Shown here: in pieces, positions 1-21,141 of the stretch
How positions within the stretch are numbered: the first letter of the stretch is position 1
How the letters are laid out: every line of letters begins with the position of its first letter
From: the human T2T-CHM13v2.0 reference genome, Homo sapiens
Reading direction: 5' to 3' (one strand)
DNA length: 64,000 nucleotides
NCBI RefSeq assembly: GCF_009914755.1
Contig: NC_060936.1
The notes under the pieces: generated by a model
Told to the model about the DNA's origin: nothing
The model's database searches: none
Seen by the model: the letters and a program-made list of their open reading frames with translations, nothing else
Program-made: the position numbers and the translations under genes

Positions 1-105
1 GAGGCCAGCAGGGACTTAGCGGCTGGGGTGCAGGTTAACTCCTGCCCAACTCTTGGGGACAGGGACCCGGGGCTGGGCCCTGCTCAGGTGGCTCTCTCCT
101 TGCAG

Positions 106-1176
106 GGACCGGCGATGCTCTGCAGGCTGTGCTGGCTGGTCTCGTACAGCTTGGCTGTGCTGTTGCTCGGCTGCCTGCTCTTCCTGAGGAAGGCGGCCAA
201 GCCCGCAGGAGACCCCACGGCCCACCAGCCTTTCTGGGCTCCCCCAACACCCCGTCACAGCCGGTGTCCACCCAACCACACAGTGTCTAGCGCCTCTCTG
301 TCCCTGCCTAGCCGTCACCGTCTCTTCTTGACCTATCGTCACTGCCGAAATTTCTCTATCTTGCTGGAGCCTTCAGGCTGTTCCAAGGATACCTTCTTGC
401 TCCTGGCCATCAAGTCACAGCCTGGTCACGTGGAGCGACGTGCGGCTATCCGCAGCACGTGGGGCAGGGTGGGGGGATGGGCTAGGGGCCGGCAGCTGAA
501 GCTGGTGTTCCTCCTAGGGGTGGCAGGATCCGCTCCCCCAGCCCAGCTGCTGGCCTATGAGAGTAGGGAGTTTGATGACATCCTCCAGTGGGACTTCACT
601 GAGGACTTCTTCAACCTGACGCTCAAGGAGCTGCACCTGCAGCGCTGGGTGGTGGCTGCCTGCCCCCAGGCCCATTTCATGCTAAAGGGAGATGACGATG
701 TCTTTGTCCACGTCCCCAACGTGTTAGAGTTCCTGGATGGCTGGGACCCAGCCCAGGACCTCCTGGTGGGAGATGTCATCCGCCAAGCCCTGCCCAACAG
801 GAACACTAAGGTCAAATACTTCATCCCACCCTCAATGTACAGGGCCACCCACTACCCACCCTATGCTGGTGGGGGAGGATATGTCATGTCCAGAGCCACA
901 GTGCGGCGCCTCCAGGCTATCATGGAAGATGCTGAACTCTTCCCCATTGATGATGTCTTTGTGGGTATGTGCCTGAGGAGGCTGGGGCTGAGCCCTATGC
1001 ACCATGCTGGCTTCAAGACATTTGGAATCCGGCGGCCCCTGGACCCCTTAGACCCCTGCCTGTATAGGGGGCTCCTGCTGGTTCACCGCCTCAGCCCCCT
1101 CGAGATGTGGACCATGTGGGCACTGGTGACAGATGAGGGGCTCAAGTGTGCAGCTGGCCCCATACCCCAGCGCTGA
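106..1176 (+). CDS. B3GNT4: UDP-GlcNAc:betaGal beta-1,3-N-acetylglucosaminyltransferase 4 (GT31 family), last and main coding exon
   Basis: Acceptor ctctccttgcag|GGACCG ends at 105; internal ATG at 115; N-terminal TM segment ([18 protein letters not shown]); GT31 motifs [36 protein letters not shown] (DxD), [22 protein letters not shown]; stop TGA 1174-1176. Protein recognised; upstream exon(s) lie outside the window. Confidence 0.96.
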   Translation, partial: GPAMLCRLCWLVSYSLAVLLLGCLLFLRKAAKPAGDPTAHQPFWAPPTPRHSRCPPNHTVSSASLSLPSRHRLFLTYRHCRNFSILLEPSGCSKDTFLLLAIKSQPGHVERRAAIRSTWGRVGGWARGRQLKLVFLLGVAGSAPPAQLLAYESREFDDILQWDFTEDFFNLTLKELHLQRWVVAACPQAHFMLKGDDDVFVHVPNVLEFLDGWDPAQDLLVGDVIRQALPNRNTKVKYFIPPSMYRATHYPPYAGGGGYVMSRATVRRLQAIMEDAELFPIDDVFVGMCLRRLGLSPMHHAGFKTFGIRRPLDPLDPCLYRGLLLVHRLSPLEMWTMWALVTDEGLKCAAGPIPQR

Positions 1177-1305
1177 AGGGTGGGTTGGGCAACAGCCTGA
1201 GAGTGGACTCAGTGTTGATTCTCTATCGTGATGCGAAATTGATGCCTGCTGCTCTACAGAAAATGCCAACTTGGTTTTTTAACTCCTCTCACCCTGTTAG
1301 CTCTG

Positions 1306-1311
1306 ATTAAA
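1306..1311 (+). terminator. Candidate B3GNT4 polyadenylation signal ATTAAA
   Basis: ATTAAA hexamer 130 nt after the B3GNT4 stop codon. Confidence 0.6.
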
Positions 1312-1559
1312 AACACTGCAACCCAGCTAACTTGTCCAGCATATGTTGAATGGGAGCCAAAGTGTAGCAAATGCTGCCAGGAACCTGTCGGGGCATTCCG
1401 GGCGCTGCCTGGGGCGCTGCAGTCTGGGACCTCAAGGAAGGAGGCTGCATAGGACCCCAGGAGAGACGCATTTTCTCTTTCAGATGCAAACAAAATCTTA
1501 CACTCTTCTCCTTTGGATACAATAGAGAAACGGAAAGAAAGGAAGGAACAAGAGGCCTG

Positions 1560-1591
1560 TGTTAAGTCCTGTTGATGTTAAGTCCTGTTGA
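1560..1591. repeat. Perfect 16-bp tandem duplication (TGTTAAGTCCTGTTGA)x2
   Basis: Read directly; lies between the convergent B3GNT4 and DIABLO stop codons. Confidence 0.9.
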
Positions 1592-2168
1592 GAGCACCAG
1601 GTAAACACTCTGCACCCCTTCTCTTAGTAGTAATAGGTTTTTCACTCCTTGGCCTCAGCTGTCCTCACAGGACAGTGGGGGCAGATCAGAGAACACATCA
1701 GAAATACATACAAAGAAATCGTACAAACTGGACAGGTTCCCCTCCCCCTGCCACAACTGGCATCCCAACAGAGGGAACAAGTACTAAATCATTTTTGACG
1801 ACGTAAATAAGACTGAAAACAGGTTAAACAGTTGCTGAACTTAAGGGCATGACAAAAAGGACTCCTCTCTCTGACCCAGGTAGGCAAAATGCTTTGGGTG
1901 TGAGGTAAAAAAAATGGGTAAGAGCAGCTGTACAGAGTGGGGTGAAATGTTAAACAGGGTGCAGTGCCCAAGGGCTAAGAACCAGGTCCAGCGCAAGCCT
2001 GAGACCACAGGAGGCACTCACAGCTCACAAAGGCGTCTCGCCTGATTGGCCAGGGCAGGATCTGCCGCCTCTTCTCGGTGCACAGACAGTCATGCCAACC
2101 CTGGGCAGGGTGGCATCTGCCCCTGCTTTCCCCACTGAGTGGGGAGACAGGGCAGTGTGCTCAGGCCC

Positions 2169-2417
<249 letters not shown>

Positions 2418-2865
2418 TCATGTGGACGTTGGCCTGGGGGTGCTGTGGCTGTCATCTGAACCCCTCTTGGGGTCACTTTCCTTGACCTCCCTGTCTTCTC
2501 TCTCTGCAAAGAAACTTCCACCTCTATGTTCAGGTCTGGATTTAACTGACACTCTGTCAAAAACAGCATTTTTCTTCAGCTGTCAGCGGCCAACATCACA
2601 ATTATTAAATGCAACTCTCACAATCATCTTTATAGCTACAGAGCTTTTAGTACAGACCTTTGATTAATTTTTTTAACTACACATCTTCCATTTCTTTTTG
2701 ACAAAGAGATCATGAATAAAATTGTCAAAGATCCCTTTCATCACCTTGACTAATCTTTAAAGGTAAAGGAATGCATAGAAAAATATTTTTTTACTATAAA
2801 TTTATGTAACAGCATAAAAGGTATTAAATATGTTTTATAATTTTTTCACTTAAACATGTTTTGAA

Positions 2866-9400
<6,535 letters not shown>

Positions 9401-10241
9401 TTTTTTCTGTGAGCCTACCTACCTAGGTTGGGACCACTCAGGTAGGATGTTCTATGATGGGCACCTTGGGGCACCACGGTGCAAAGGACAAAGCACTGGC
9501 TGCTGGGAGAATAGGAGAAGCAGAGGCTTTGGAATTCGACCTACTTGGCTCCGTGGCTCATGCCTATAATCCCAGCACTTTGGGAGGCCAAGGTGGGTAG
9601 ACTGCTTGAGCCTAGGATTTCGAGATTAGCCTGTGCAACATTGTAAAACCCCATCTCTATTTTATGAAGGAAAAAAAAAAAAAAAAAAAAAGACCTACTC
9701 AGCTGAATCTCAGCTTGGCTGCTTACTCACCATACCGTGTCATCTTAGCCGAATGATCTGGCCCATCTGCCCTCTAGTTTCTTCACATATAAAAAGTGCC
9801 TACGAAATGCCTACCACAAAGCCTGACATAGACAAATAATTTGTCCTGGTTTTGCCACTGACTATGATTCCAGGTCTCATTTTCTCCATCTGTACAAAAA
9901 GGTTCACATAGATTACTCATCTCAAGTCTCAGCCAACGGTGTAATTCTATGATTGTTAATAAATTGTATTACCAAAAGAAGCTAAAACTATTTGGAAGCA
10001 ATCCAATTTTCCAATGGTAATAGTTTTATCATTTTTCATTTTGAAGACATAACCTAGCTTCTACTGGTCTGGTCTGCAAGGGTATGCTCATTGTTTCTAT
10101 TGTGCAAATAAAATGTAGGTTAATATGTAGGAAATGGGGAAAATTTCTCAAAGTGAGAGCCACTTAGACCATTTACTATAAAGCCCTCATTTTAGAAAAC
10201 CAGATGAAAACTCAAATGGTACCTTCCTAGTTAAAAAATTA

Positions 10242-10370
<129 letters not shown>

Positions 10371-10529
10371 CTATATAAATCAAGCAAAGTGCTTCAGACA
10401 GCATAAGAGGTCTAGCCCATTTAAATGGACTTAAAGTAGTAGATTTAGAGAACACTGATTATATTGATTAGACTTAATTCAATAATTTAGATACCACATG
10501 AGGTAGGTGCACTAACACAGAAATGCCTA

Positions 10530-10655
<126 letters not shown>

Positions 10656-11003
10656 CTACAAATAGAGAATGAACAAGTCTGAGTAAAGTAAGTGAGACAT
10701 ATCAGAAGGAATAGAGAGATTTCCACCTCAAGGAAATTAAGTCCCATTACAGCAAACTGGCTCTTCCATCCTGCTGCCTCAATGAAATTGCACTATTATC
10801 CTATGAAGTAAAGGTATCAGGACATTAGTATCTCCATCTGTAAACTTCTGTGTTTTTAAAAGCTTGTCAGCAATTCAGACACAGAAAGAGAAAACAATGC
10901 AAGGGAAAACTTTAAAGGTTGAGGGGAAAAAAGCTGCTGGAAAATATATGTAAAACAAATGCACAAATGAGACTTCAATACTTTTGATTATCCATATACG
11001 CTA

Positions 11004-11294
<291 letters not shown>

Positions 11295-11817
11295 TCAAAA
11301 AAAAAAATTTATTATTTTTTACAAACAGGATGCTATGTCACCCAGACGGAAGTGCACTGGCATGTTCATAGCTCACTGTAATCTCAAACTCCTAGACTCA
11401 AGTGATCCTCCCACCTCAGCCCCTGGAGTAACTGGGACTACAGGCACACAACACACCATGCCTGGCTAAGTTTAAAATTTTTTTTCTGCTAGAGATGGGG
11501 CTTGCTACATTGACTGGGTTGGTCTTGAACTCCTGGCCCCAAGTGATCCTCCCGCCTTGGCCTCCCAAACTGCTGGGATTACAGATGTGAGCCACCACGC
11601 CTGGCCCATATACTCTCTTTTCTATTAGGTTAGATCAGTGGCTTTTAAATAATCCTCACAGAGCAACCTCTGTTGATGGACCACAGGCCCCTGTGCCCTT
11701 AACTGAACCATATCAGCTTCACTCCTGTTTTATATACTAGGCTGCCACATTTAAGATTTTTCTGTAAAAAAAAAAAAAAAGGTTCCTGGGAAAAGTCTAA
11801 AAACGAGTGATTTAGAT

Positions 11818-12018
11818 CAGGGCTCAGCAAACTTTTTGAAGGGCCTGACAGTAAATATTTTGGGCTTTGTGGGCCTTACAGCCTCTGTTGAAACTACTCA
11901 AATCCTCAAAAACCGTTATTGACAACACATAAACAAATAGGCCTGGCTATGTTTCAATCAAATACCAACATGGGTATCAGACACAATTTGGTTGTGAGCC
12001 ATTATTTGCTAAACCATG
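11818..12018. mobile_element. MER58A-like hAT-Charlie DNA transposon fossil
   Basis: CAGGGCTCAGCAAACTTTTT...AGTAAATATTTTGGGCTTTGTGGGCC...TTTGCTAAACCATG, with NTTTAGAN-like flanks. Family named from memory. Confidence 0.7.
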
Positions 12019-12051
12019 GTTTAGAAGATCAAGAGTTAAGAGGAGACATAC

Positions 12052-12183
12052 CTTAGTATATTCAGTAATAGCTTCAATCAACGCATATGTGGTCTGAGAG
12101 AGAAAGGTAGAGGTGCTATCTGTTACCAAAGACACTGCTCTCCTCATCAATGCTTCACTACTAAGGGAATGAGGCTCTGATTT
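12052..12183 (-). CDS. DIABLO: DIABLO coding exon 3: [44 protein letters not shown]
   Basis: ctttcag| acceptor, |GTATGT donor, 132 nt with symmetric phase 0 (the exon skipped in Smac3). Confidence 0.97.
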
Positions 12184-12445
12184 CTGAAAGACACAAACAT
12201 TGTCACTCAACCTCTAAAGCTCAAACTGAGAACTTTTTCACCAATAGGCAAGCAAAAAACGTAATTGTCATGCTGCTTAGTGTTTTAGGCTGAAACTGCA
12301 CTATATTTCTTTGGGTTATATTTTTTAAGGCCTTATTTTGGCAATTTAAGACAATATAGAGAAATAATTCCGGAGTATGCTTTCTACCAACTTTCATTCT
12401 CTGCTCCAAAAAGCAAATTATTTCTTTACATATAAAATAAATTGT

Positions 12446-13045
<600 letters not shown>

Positions 13046-13479
13046 CCCAAAACTATTGATTATAACCAACAAATTGATAAGATTACAATTCATTCATTAA
13101 CAGTGTTAGATACTTGAGACGCAAGTCTCAACAAGACATTCTCTGCCCTCAAACACAGGTGTAGGGGTAGAGAGAGCAGGATGATGGGCTAACAGAACTA
13201 GAAAAATGAACACAATCATGTATCATGGAAGCTGTGGGAGGAGTATGTATGAGCTACACTGGGGGCATGCAGAAGGGAGCAATCAGTTCTATGTTGAGTG
13301 CTAATAGCTTAGAAAAGGCTTCACAAGTTTGATGAGGATTAAGCTGAGTCTAATAAAGTGGGCCAGGCATGGTGGCTAACGCCTGTAATCCCAATAGTTT
13401 GGGAGGCCGAGGCGGGTGGATCACAAGGTCAAGAGATCGAGACCAGCCTGGCCAACATGGCGAAACCCCAACTCTACTA

Positions 13480-14482
<1,003 letters not shown>

Positions 14483-15859
14483 TCACTCTATGTTGTCTTG
14501 TTTTTGCTATTCAGAGTACAAACACTCAGAATCACTGCATGTTGAAAGAGGCAGTCAAGAAATATTTTTGATATGAACAAATCAAGAACTTTATATTTCA
14601 AATAATTAAGTATTCATTAGGCATCTTATACAGGACTACAAAAGGAAGAAAGACACCTCTGCTCACAAGAAGCTAATTTTGTCTCAATATTCTGATAAGT
14701 CTTCATAATGTGCTACATTTTATAATGTGTTTTCACTTGTTCCTCACAACAGTCCAGTTATTATCCTTTCTTATTTACAAGCAATGACATGGAAGCTCAG
14801 AATAGTTATGTAACTTTTCCAAAAAGTCACATCTAGACCTCAAACCAAATCTCACTTCAAAGTCTGTACCCTTCCCATTATGCTCTGATGACTCAGGAGG
14901 GTGCCAAAGGATTATCATCAAATATCAAAATATACAATATTAAGTGGCCAAAAAGGAGGAGATAGTTGTTGGACAGGAATAAGGAAAGGCTTTAAATAGA
15001 GGTGAGACTTGGTACTAAAGATACCTAGAATCAGAATGGCCACGCATCCTGGAGAATAGGTAACAATGAGGAAAATAATACTTTTGTTGCAGGGGATGTC
15101 CAGGGATCTAGCCTGGTTGGAGCTAAGAGAAATGAGACTCACTAGGGCCCTGGAGTGCAGGGAGACTTAGTTTAATTTTAGTTCTGAACGCCTCATGGAA
15201 AGCCACTGTAGGTTTTTCATTTCTCATTCTGTTGCCCAGGATGGAGTATAGTGTTGTGATCCCAGCTCACTGCAGCCTTGAACTCCTGAAATCAAATCAT
15301 CCTCCTGCCTCCCAGGTAGCTAGGACTACCGACACACGCCACCACACCTAGCTAATTATTTTTTGTAGAGGGGTGGTCTCGCTATGTTTCTCAGGCTGGT
15401 CTCGAACTCTTGGCCTACAGTGATCCTCCCACCTCAGCCTCCAAAAGTACTGGGATTACAAGAGAGAGCCATCGTGCCTAGCTGACCACTGAGGGGTTTT
15501 GAAGAATGGAAGTGGCATTGCTGTACTAAATGACTAGAGACCCCAGTCATGTGGCCCAGAACTGAGGTTAACTGGGCTTAGAAAGTAATATAATAACTGA
15601 GAAAGGACAAACCTAAAAAAAAATCTTTTGAATGAAAAAAACAAAGGTTGTCCCAATTGTGGTCGAAAATAGCCTGGTATTCAAGTGAGGGGTTTTAGGG
15701 CTATGGATTCATCAGCATGCAGAGATGACAACTGAAGTGAGGCACAGTAAGGTGAGGGCTCATGAATGAGCCTCAGAAGATGCTGAAAATACTTGTAATA
15801 CATGGAATTAATCTTCCTTTTGTGATGAACACACACGTTAAGTGGCAGGAATATTTTGC

Positions 15860-18035
<2,176 letters not shown>

Positions 18036-18270
18036 AGACTACTTTGTTGATAGACTGTAATATCCTCTTATTTCTCTCTACTCGCTTTATACAATTTGAT
18101 GTGCTGTTCCTACCAAATGAGATAATCAAAATGAGAATATTAATATATCTGCTCAACTGTGAAAAGATGCCGGTACTGTGGGGGAAGGGATGGGAGCACT
18201 GGGAAAAACTATGGTAGCTTGTCTAATGCTTCACCGCCCACTTGAGACTTCAAGAGGACACGGTACACTA

Positions 18271-18454
<184 letters not shown>

Positions 18455-18838
18455 AAGGCACGACCGCCAATCTGTAACAGGCTCTTGGATTTACTTGCAG
18501 GGGCTGTAAACTCAAACTCGAGCCAAGCAGGAACCTAAATGAGGATGCAGGACAGCTGAGGGGTTTTGAAATTTTCAACATACACCAAGTTTAAAATGTT
18601 GCCTCAGGCAGGGTGTTGGTGGCTCACGCCTGTAATCCTAGCACTTGGAAGGCCAAGGGCAAGGCGGGAGGATCACTTGAGCCCAGGAGTTCACGACCAG
18701 CCTGGGCAACATGGCTGGCAACATGACCCCGTGTCTATTAAAAAAAAATAAGTAAATAAAGGCCGAGGCGGGTGGATCACTTGAGGTCAGGAATTCGAAA
18801 TCTGCCTGACCAACATGGTGAAACCCCATCTCTACTTA

Positions 18839-19024
<186 letters not shown>

Positions 19025-19750
19025 TTAGCCGGGCGTGGTGGCGGGCGCCTGCAATCCCAGCTACTCGGGAGGCTGAGGCTGAGAATCGCTTGAAGCCGGG
19101 AGGCACAGGTTGCAGTGAGCTGAGATCTCGCCACTGCACTCCAGCCTGGGCGACAGAGGCAGATCTTGTCTCAAAAAAATTAAAATAAAATAAAATGTTG
19201 CCTTTAAACTTTTTAGAAACGGATGCCACAATAACCGCTCCTGCAGGCAGAATTTAGCTCTGGACCCCTGGCCTGGGTGCCAGTTGTGTGTGACGGTCCC
19301 GCTACAATCGCCCAGGAGCCTGCAGCGCTAGGTAGAGAGCCCTGCGCCAGCTCCCCCGGCCCCTTCTGCCCTCGGGAGGACGTCTTCAGACGCTCGTCTC
19401 CCTTCCCGGACTCCCCCCATGCCGTGTCCCTCCTCCTCTCCACGTCTCCTCAGGGACTTCGAGTGGCTGACGAGGGCTGGTCAGGAGGCGGAGCAGCCCC
19501 AAGAAGGCAGCCCGGGGTCTCGGGGACTCGTTTCTAGAAGATGGACGAACTGAAAAGGAAGCCGGGCTTGACCCAGGGGGCGGAGGCGGGGCTGTCCTCA
19601 GTCCTCCCGACCGGAGCGAGACGCCGCGACCCAGCTGGGCGGACGAGAGATGAGCGCGTAAGGAAGGCGGGCGCCGTGGGCCGGGCCACAGCGCTGTCCG
19701 CGTCGGTCCCTCCCTCTGGTCCTGTCCCCTCTACGCGGCCGCAGCGGTAC

Positions 19751-19800
19751 CTGAAGAATGAAGTTACGCTGCGCGACAGCCAACTCTTCAGAGCCGCCAT
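19751..19800 (-). CDS. DIABLO: DIABLO coding exon 1: MAALKSWLSRSVTSFF(R), start of the mitochondrial targeting presequence
   Basis: ATG at 19800 in context ACAATGG, donor TTCAG|GTACCG, 50 nt. Confidence 0.97.
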
Positions 19801-20149
19801 TGTGCAGCGCGCGGACGCCAGACGCACACGCCGGAAGTGACGCAGCTTCGTGAGCGCGGAGCGGGGCACGGCCTCCACCTGAGAGCGCCTCGCCCCATAG
19901 CCACGCCCCCACCCAAGGAAGCAGTCGGGATTGGGCAGGCAGGGGGAAAGGGGGCGAGGCTTAGGGCAAAGGCTGTAACGGCCGCGCAAGGCAACCAACC
20001 GCCGGAACTTCCGCGCGGGGCGGGGCATATGCAGGGCCTGAGGGCGCGGAGGTGGGTCCGGCGCGGAGCTGAGTCGGGCGCCGTGACGCTGGCGGGTGGG
20101 CGGGGACTCAGTTCGGGCCAGGGCTTGAAGGGAATTTCCTGGTGAGTTA

Positions 20150-20200
20150 GGGAGGCGGGGCCGGGCGGGAGGCGGGGCCGGGCGGGAGGCGGGGCCGGGC
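20150..20200. repeat. Perfect 3 x 17-bp tandem repeat (GGGAGGCGGGGCCGGGC)
   Basis: Copies at 20150-20166, 20167-20183 and 20184-20200, read directly. Confidence 0.93.
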
Positions 20201-20215
20201 GCGGCGACGGCGCTG

Positions 20216-20350
20216 TCACTTCAGCACCAGGAAGTAAGTGGTCCAGCCGGCCAGCAGCAGCGCCCCGATGAGCACCGTGTAGCTGAGGAGCACGAAGGCG
20301 AGCAGCTCCCGCAGCAGCTGCAGCACGTGGACGGTGGACGAGGCCGGCAT
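20216..20350 (-). CDS. Putative 44-aa membrane microprotein MPASSTVHVLQLLRELLAFVLLSYTVLIGALLLAGWTTYFLVLK
   Basis: ATG at 20350 with G at -3, TGA at 20218-20216; 43 of 44 sense codons end in G/C; long uncharged hydrophobic run from residue 16 to 43. Confidence 0.68.
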   Translation of the reverse strand: MPASSTVHVLQLLRELLAFVLLSYTVLIGALLLAGWTTYFLVLK

Positions 20351-21135
20351 CGCGCTGCGCGGGAGCCCCAGGACGGTCGGCGGCCTGCCGGGCTGGCGCC
20401 GTCCCAGAGGGGCGGACGGGAACACACGAGGTCCTGGCCCTCGAAACAGCAAACGAAGGCCAGGAAGCCCACAGTGCCGACCTCCCCAACAGCCTCCTGG
20501 ACGCTCGCTTCTCGGTTACACTGGAGAATCCTTCTCAACCCAAACTGCCCTCGTTCTTCGGCTCTGATCCGGGCTGAGGAGGCAGAAGCCCGGCTCTTCC
20601 CCGCGCCCCGCAGCTGCATGAGTTTTCCTCCCTGGCCCGCTCCTCCCACCACCTCCTGCATTTTTAATGCTGTGAGTGCCGCTAATGCGCTGGTGGAGTA
20701 AACCTTTCTTTTCCCGTCACTCAAGCTGCAGCCCCAGCTGCGGCCCTGGCTGGAAGGGGAAGGGGAGAGAGACCCATTTGGGCAGGAGGAAGGCACAGGC
20801 CCAAACCTGCTCTTCTGTGAGTCCCCTGGCCCCAAGGCTTGCCAGCAGCAGAGCTGGAGGATCTTTGCTTTGTGGTCCAGCATGCTTGCCTTCTGGCCAG
20901 CTGGGACTGCAGGGTGCCAGGTGGTGGGTGGGCATCAATCCGATCCTGGGCTCACCCCCGCCACCGTGCTCTGTGCATCTGCCCCAGCCCTGCTAACTTC
21001 CACCAGAGACGACATCAGACAGTAAGAACCCCACACCAGCTCATCAGACAGTAGGAACCCTACAACACCTCCAATGCTGCTTTGCCCAGCCACTCCCCAC
21101 AGTGTCAGGCACTGGCTTCCTTCTCTCCCCACCTC

Positions 21136-21141
21136 ACTTAC
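21136..21141 (-). other. Consensus 5' splice donor (CCAA|GTAAGT) of a probable upstream non-coding first exon at about 21142-21350
   Basis: Perfect GTAAGT on the minus strand, downstream of a small CpG-rich patch (21160-21460). Exon use is inferred. Confidence 0.45.

Larger units (their letters stand above)
19250..20650. promoter_or_regulatory. CpG island / DIABLO promoter region
   Basis: Very high GC and CpG density; several GGGCGG boxes; CCGGAAGTGACGCA (ETS + CRE half-site) at 19831-19844; GGGAATTTCC at 20130-20139. Boundaries are approximate. Confidence 0.88.

Noticed and set aside
28-105. N-terminal 26 codons of the 382-aa ORF in the track
   Set aside because: Starts at GTG and runs through a pyrimidine tract plus CAG acceptor; this is intron sequence before the B3GNT4 exon at 106.
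20351-20452. 34-aa extension of the microprotein given in the ORF track (78 aa)
   Set aside because: Non-ATG start and GC-island-like composition; the coding signature begins at the ATG at 20350.
19788-20883. Long ORFs (233 aa, 220 aa, 124 aa and others) over the CpG island
   Set aside because: Pro/Arg/Ala/Gly-rich, mostly non-ATG starts, and expected from stop-codon depletion in GC-rich DNA; they lack the codon periodicity of the 44-aa ORF.
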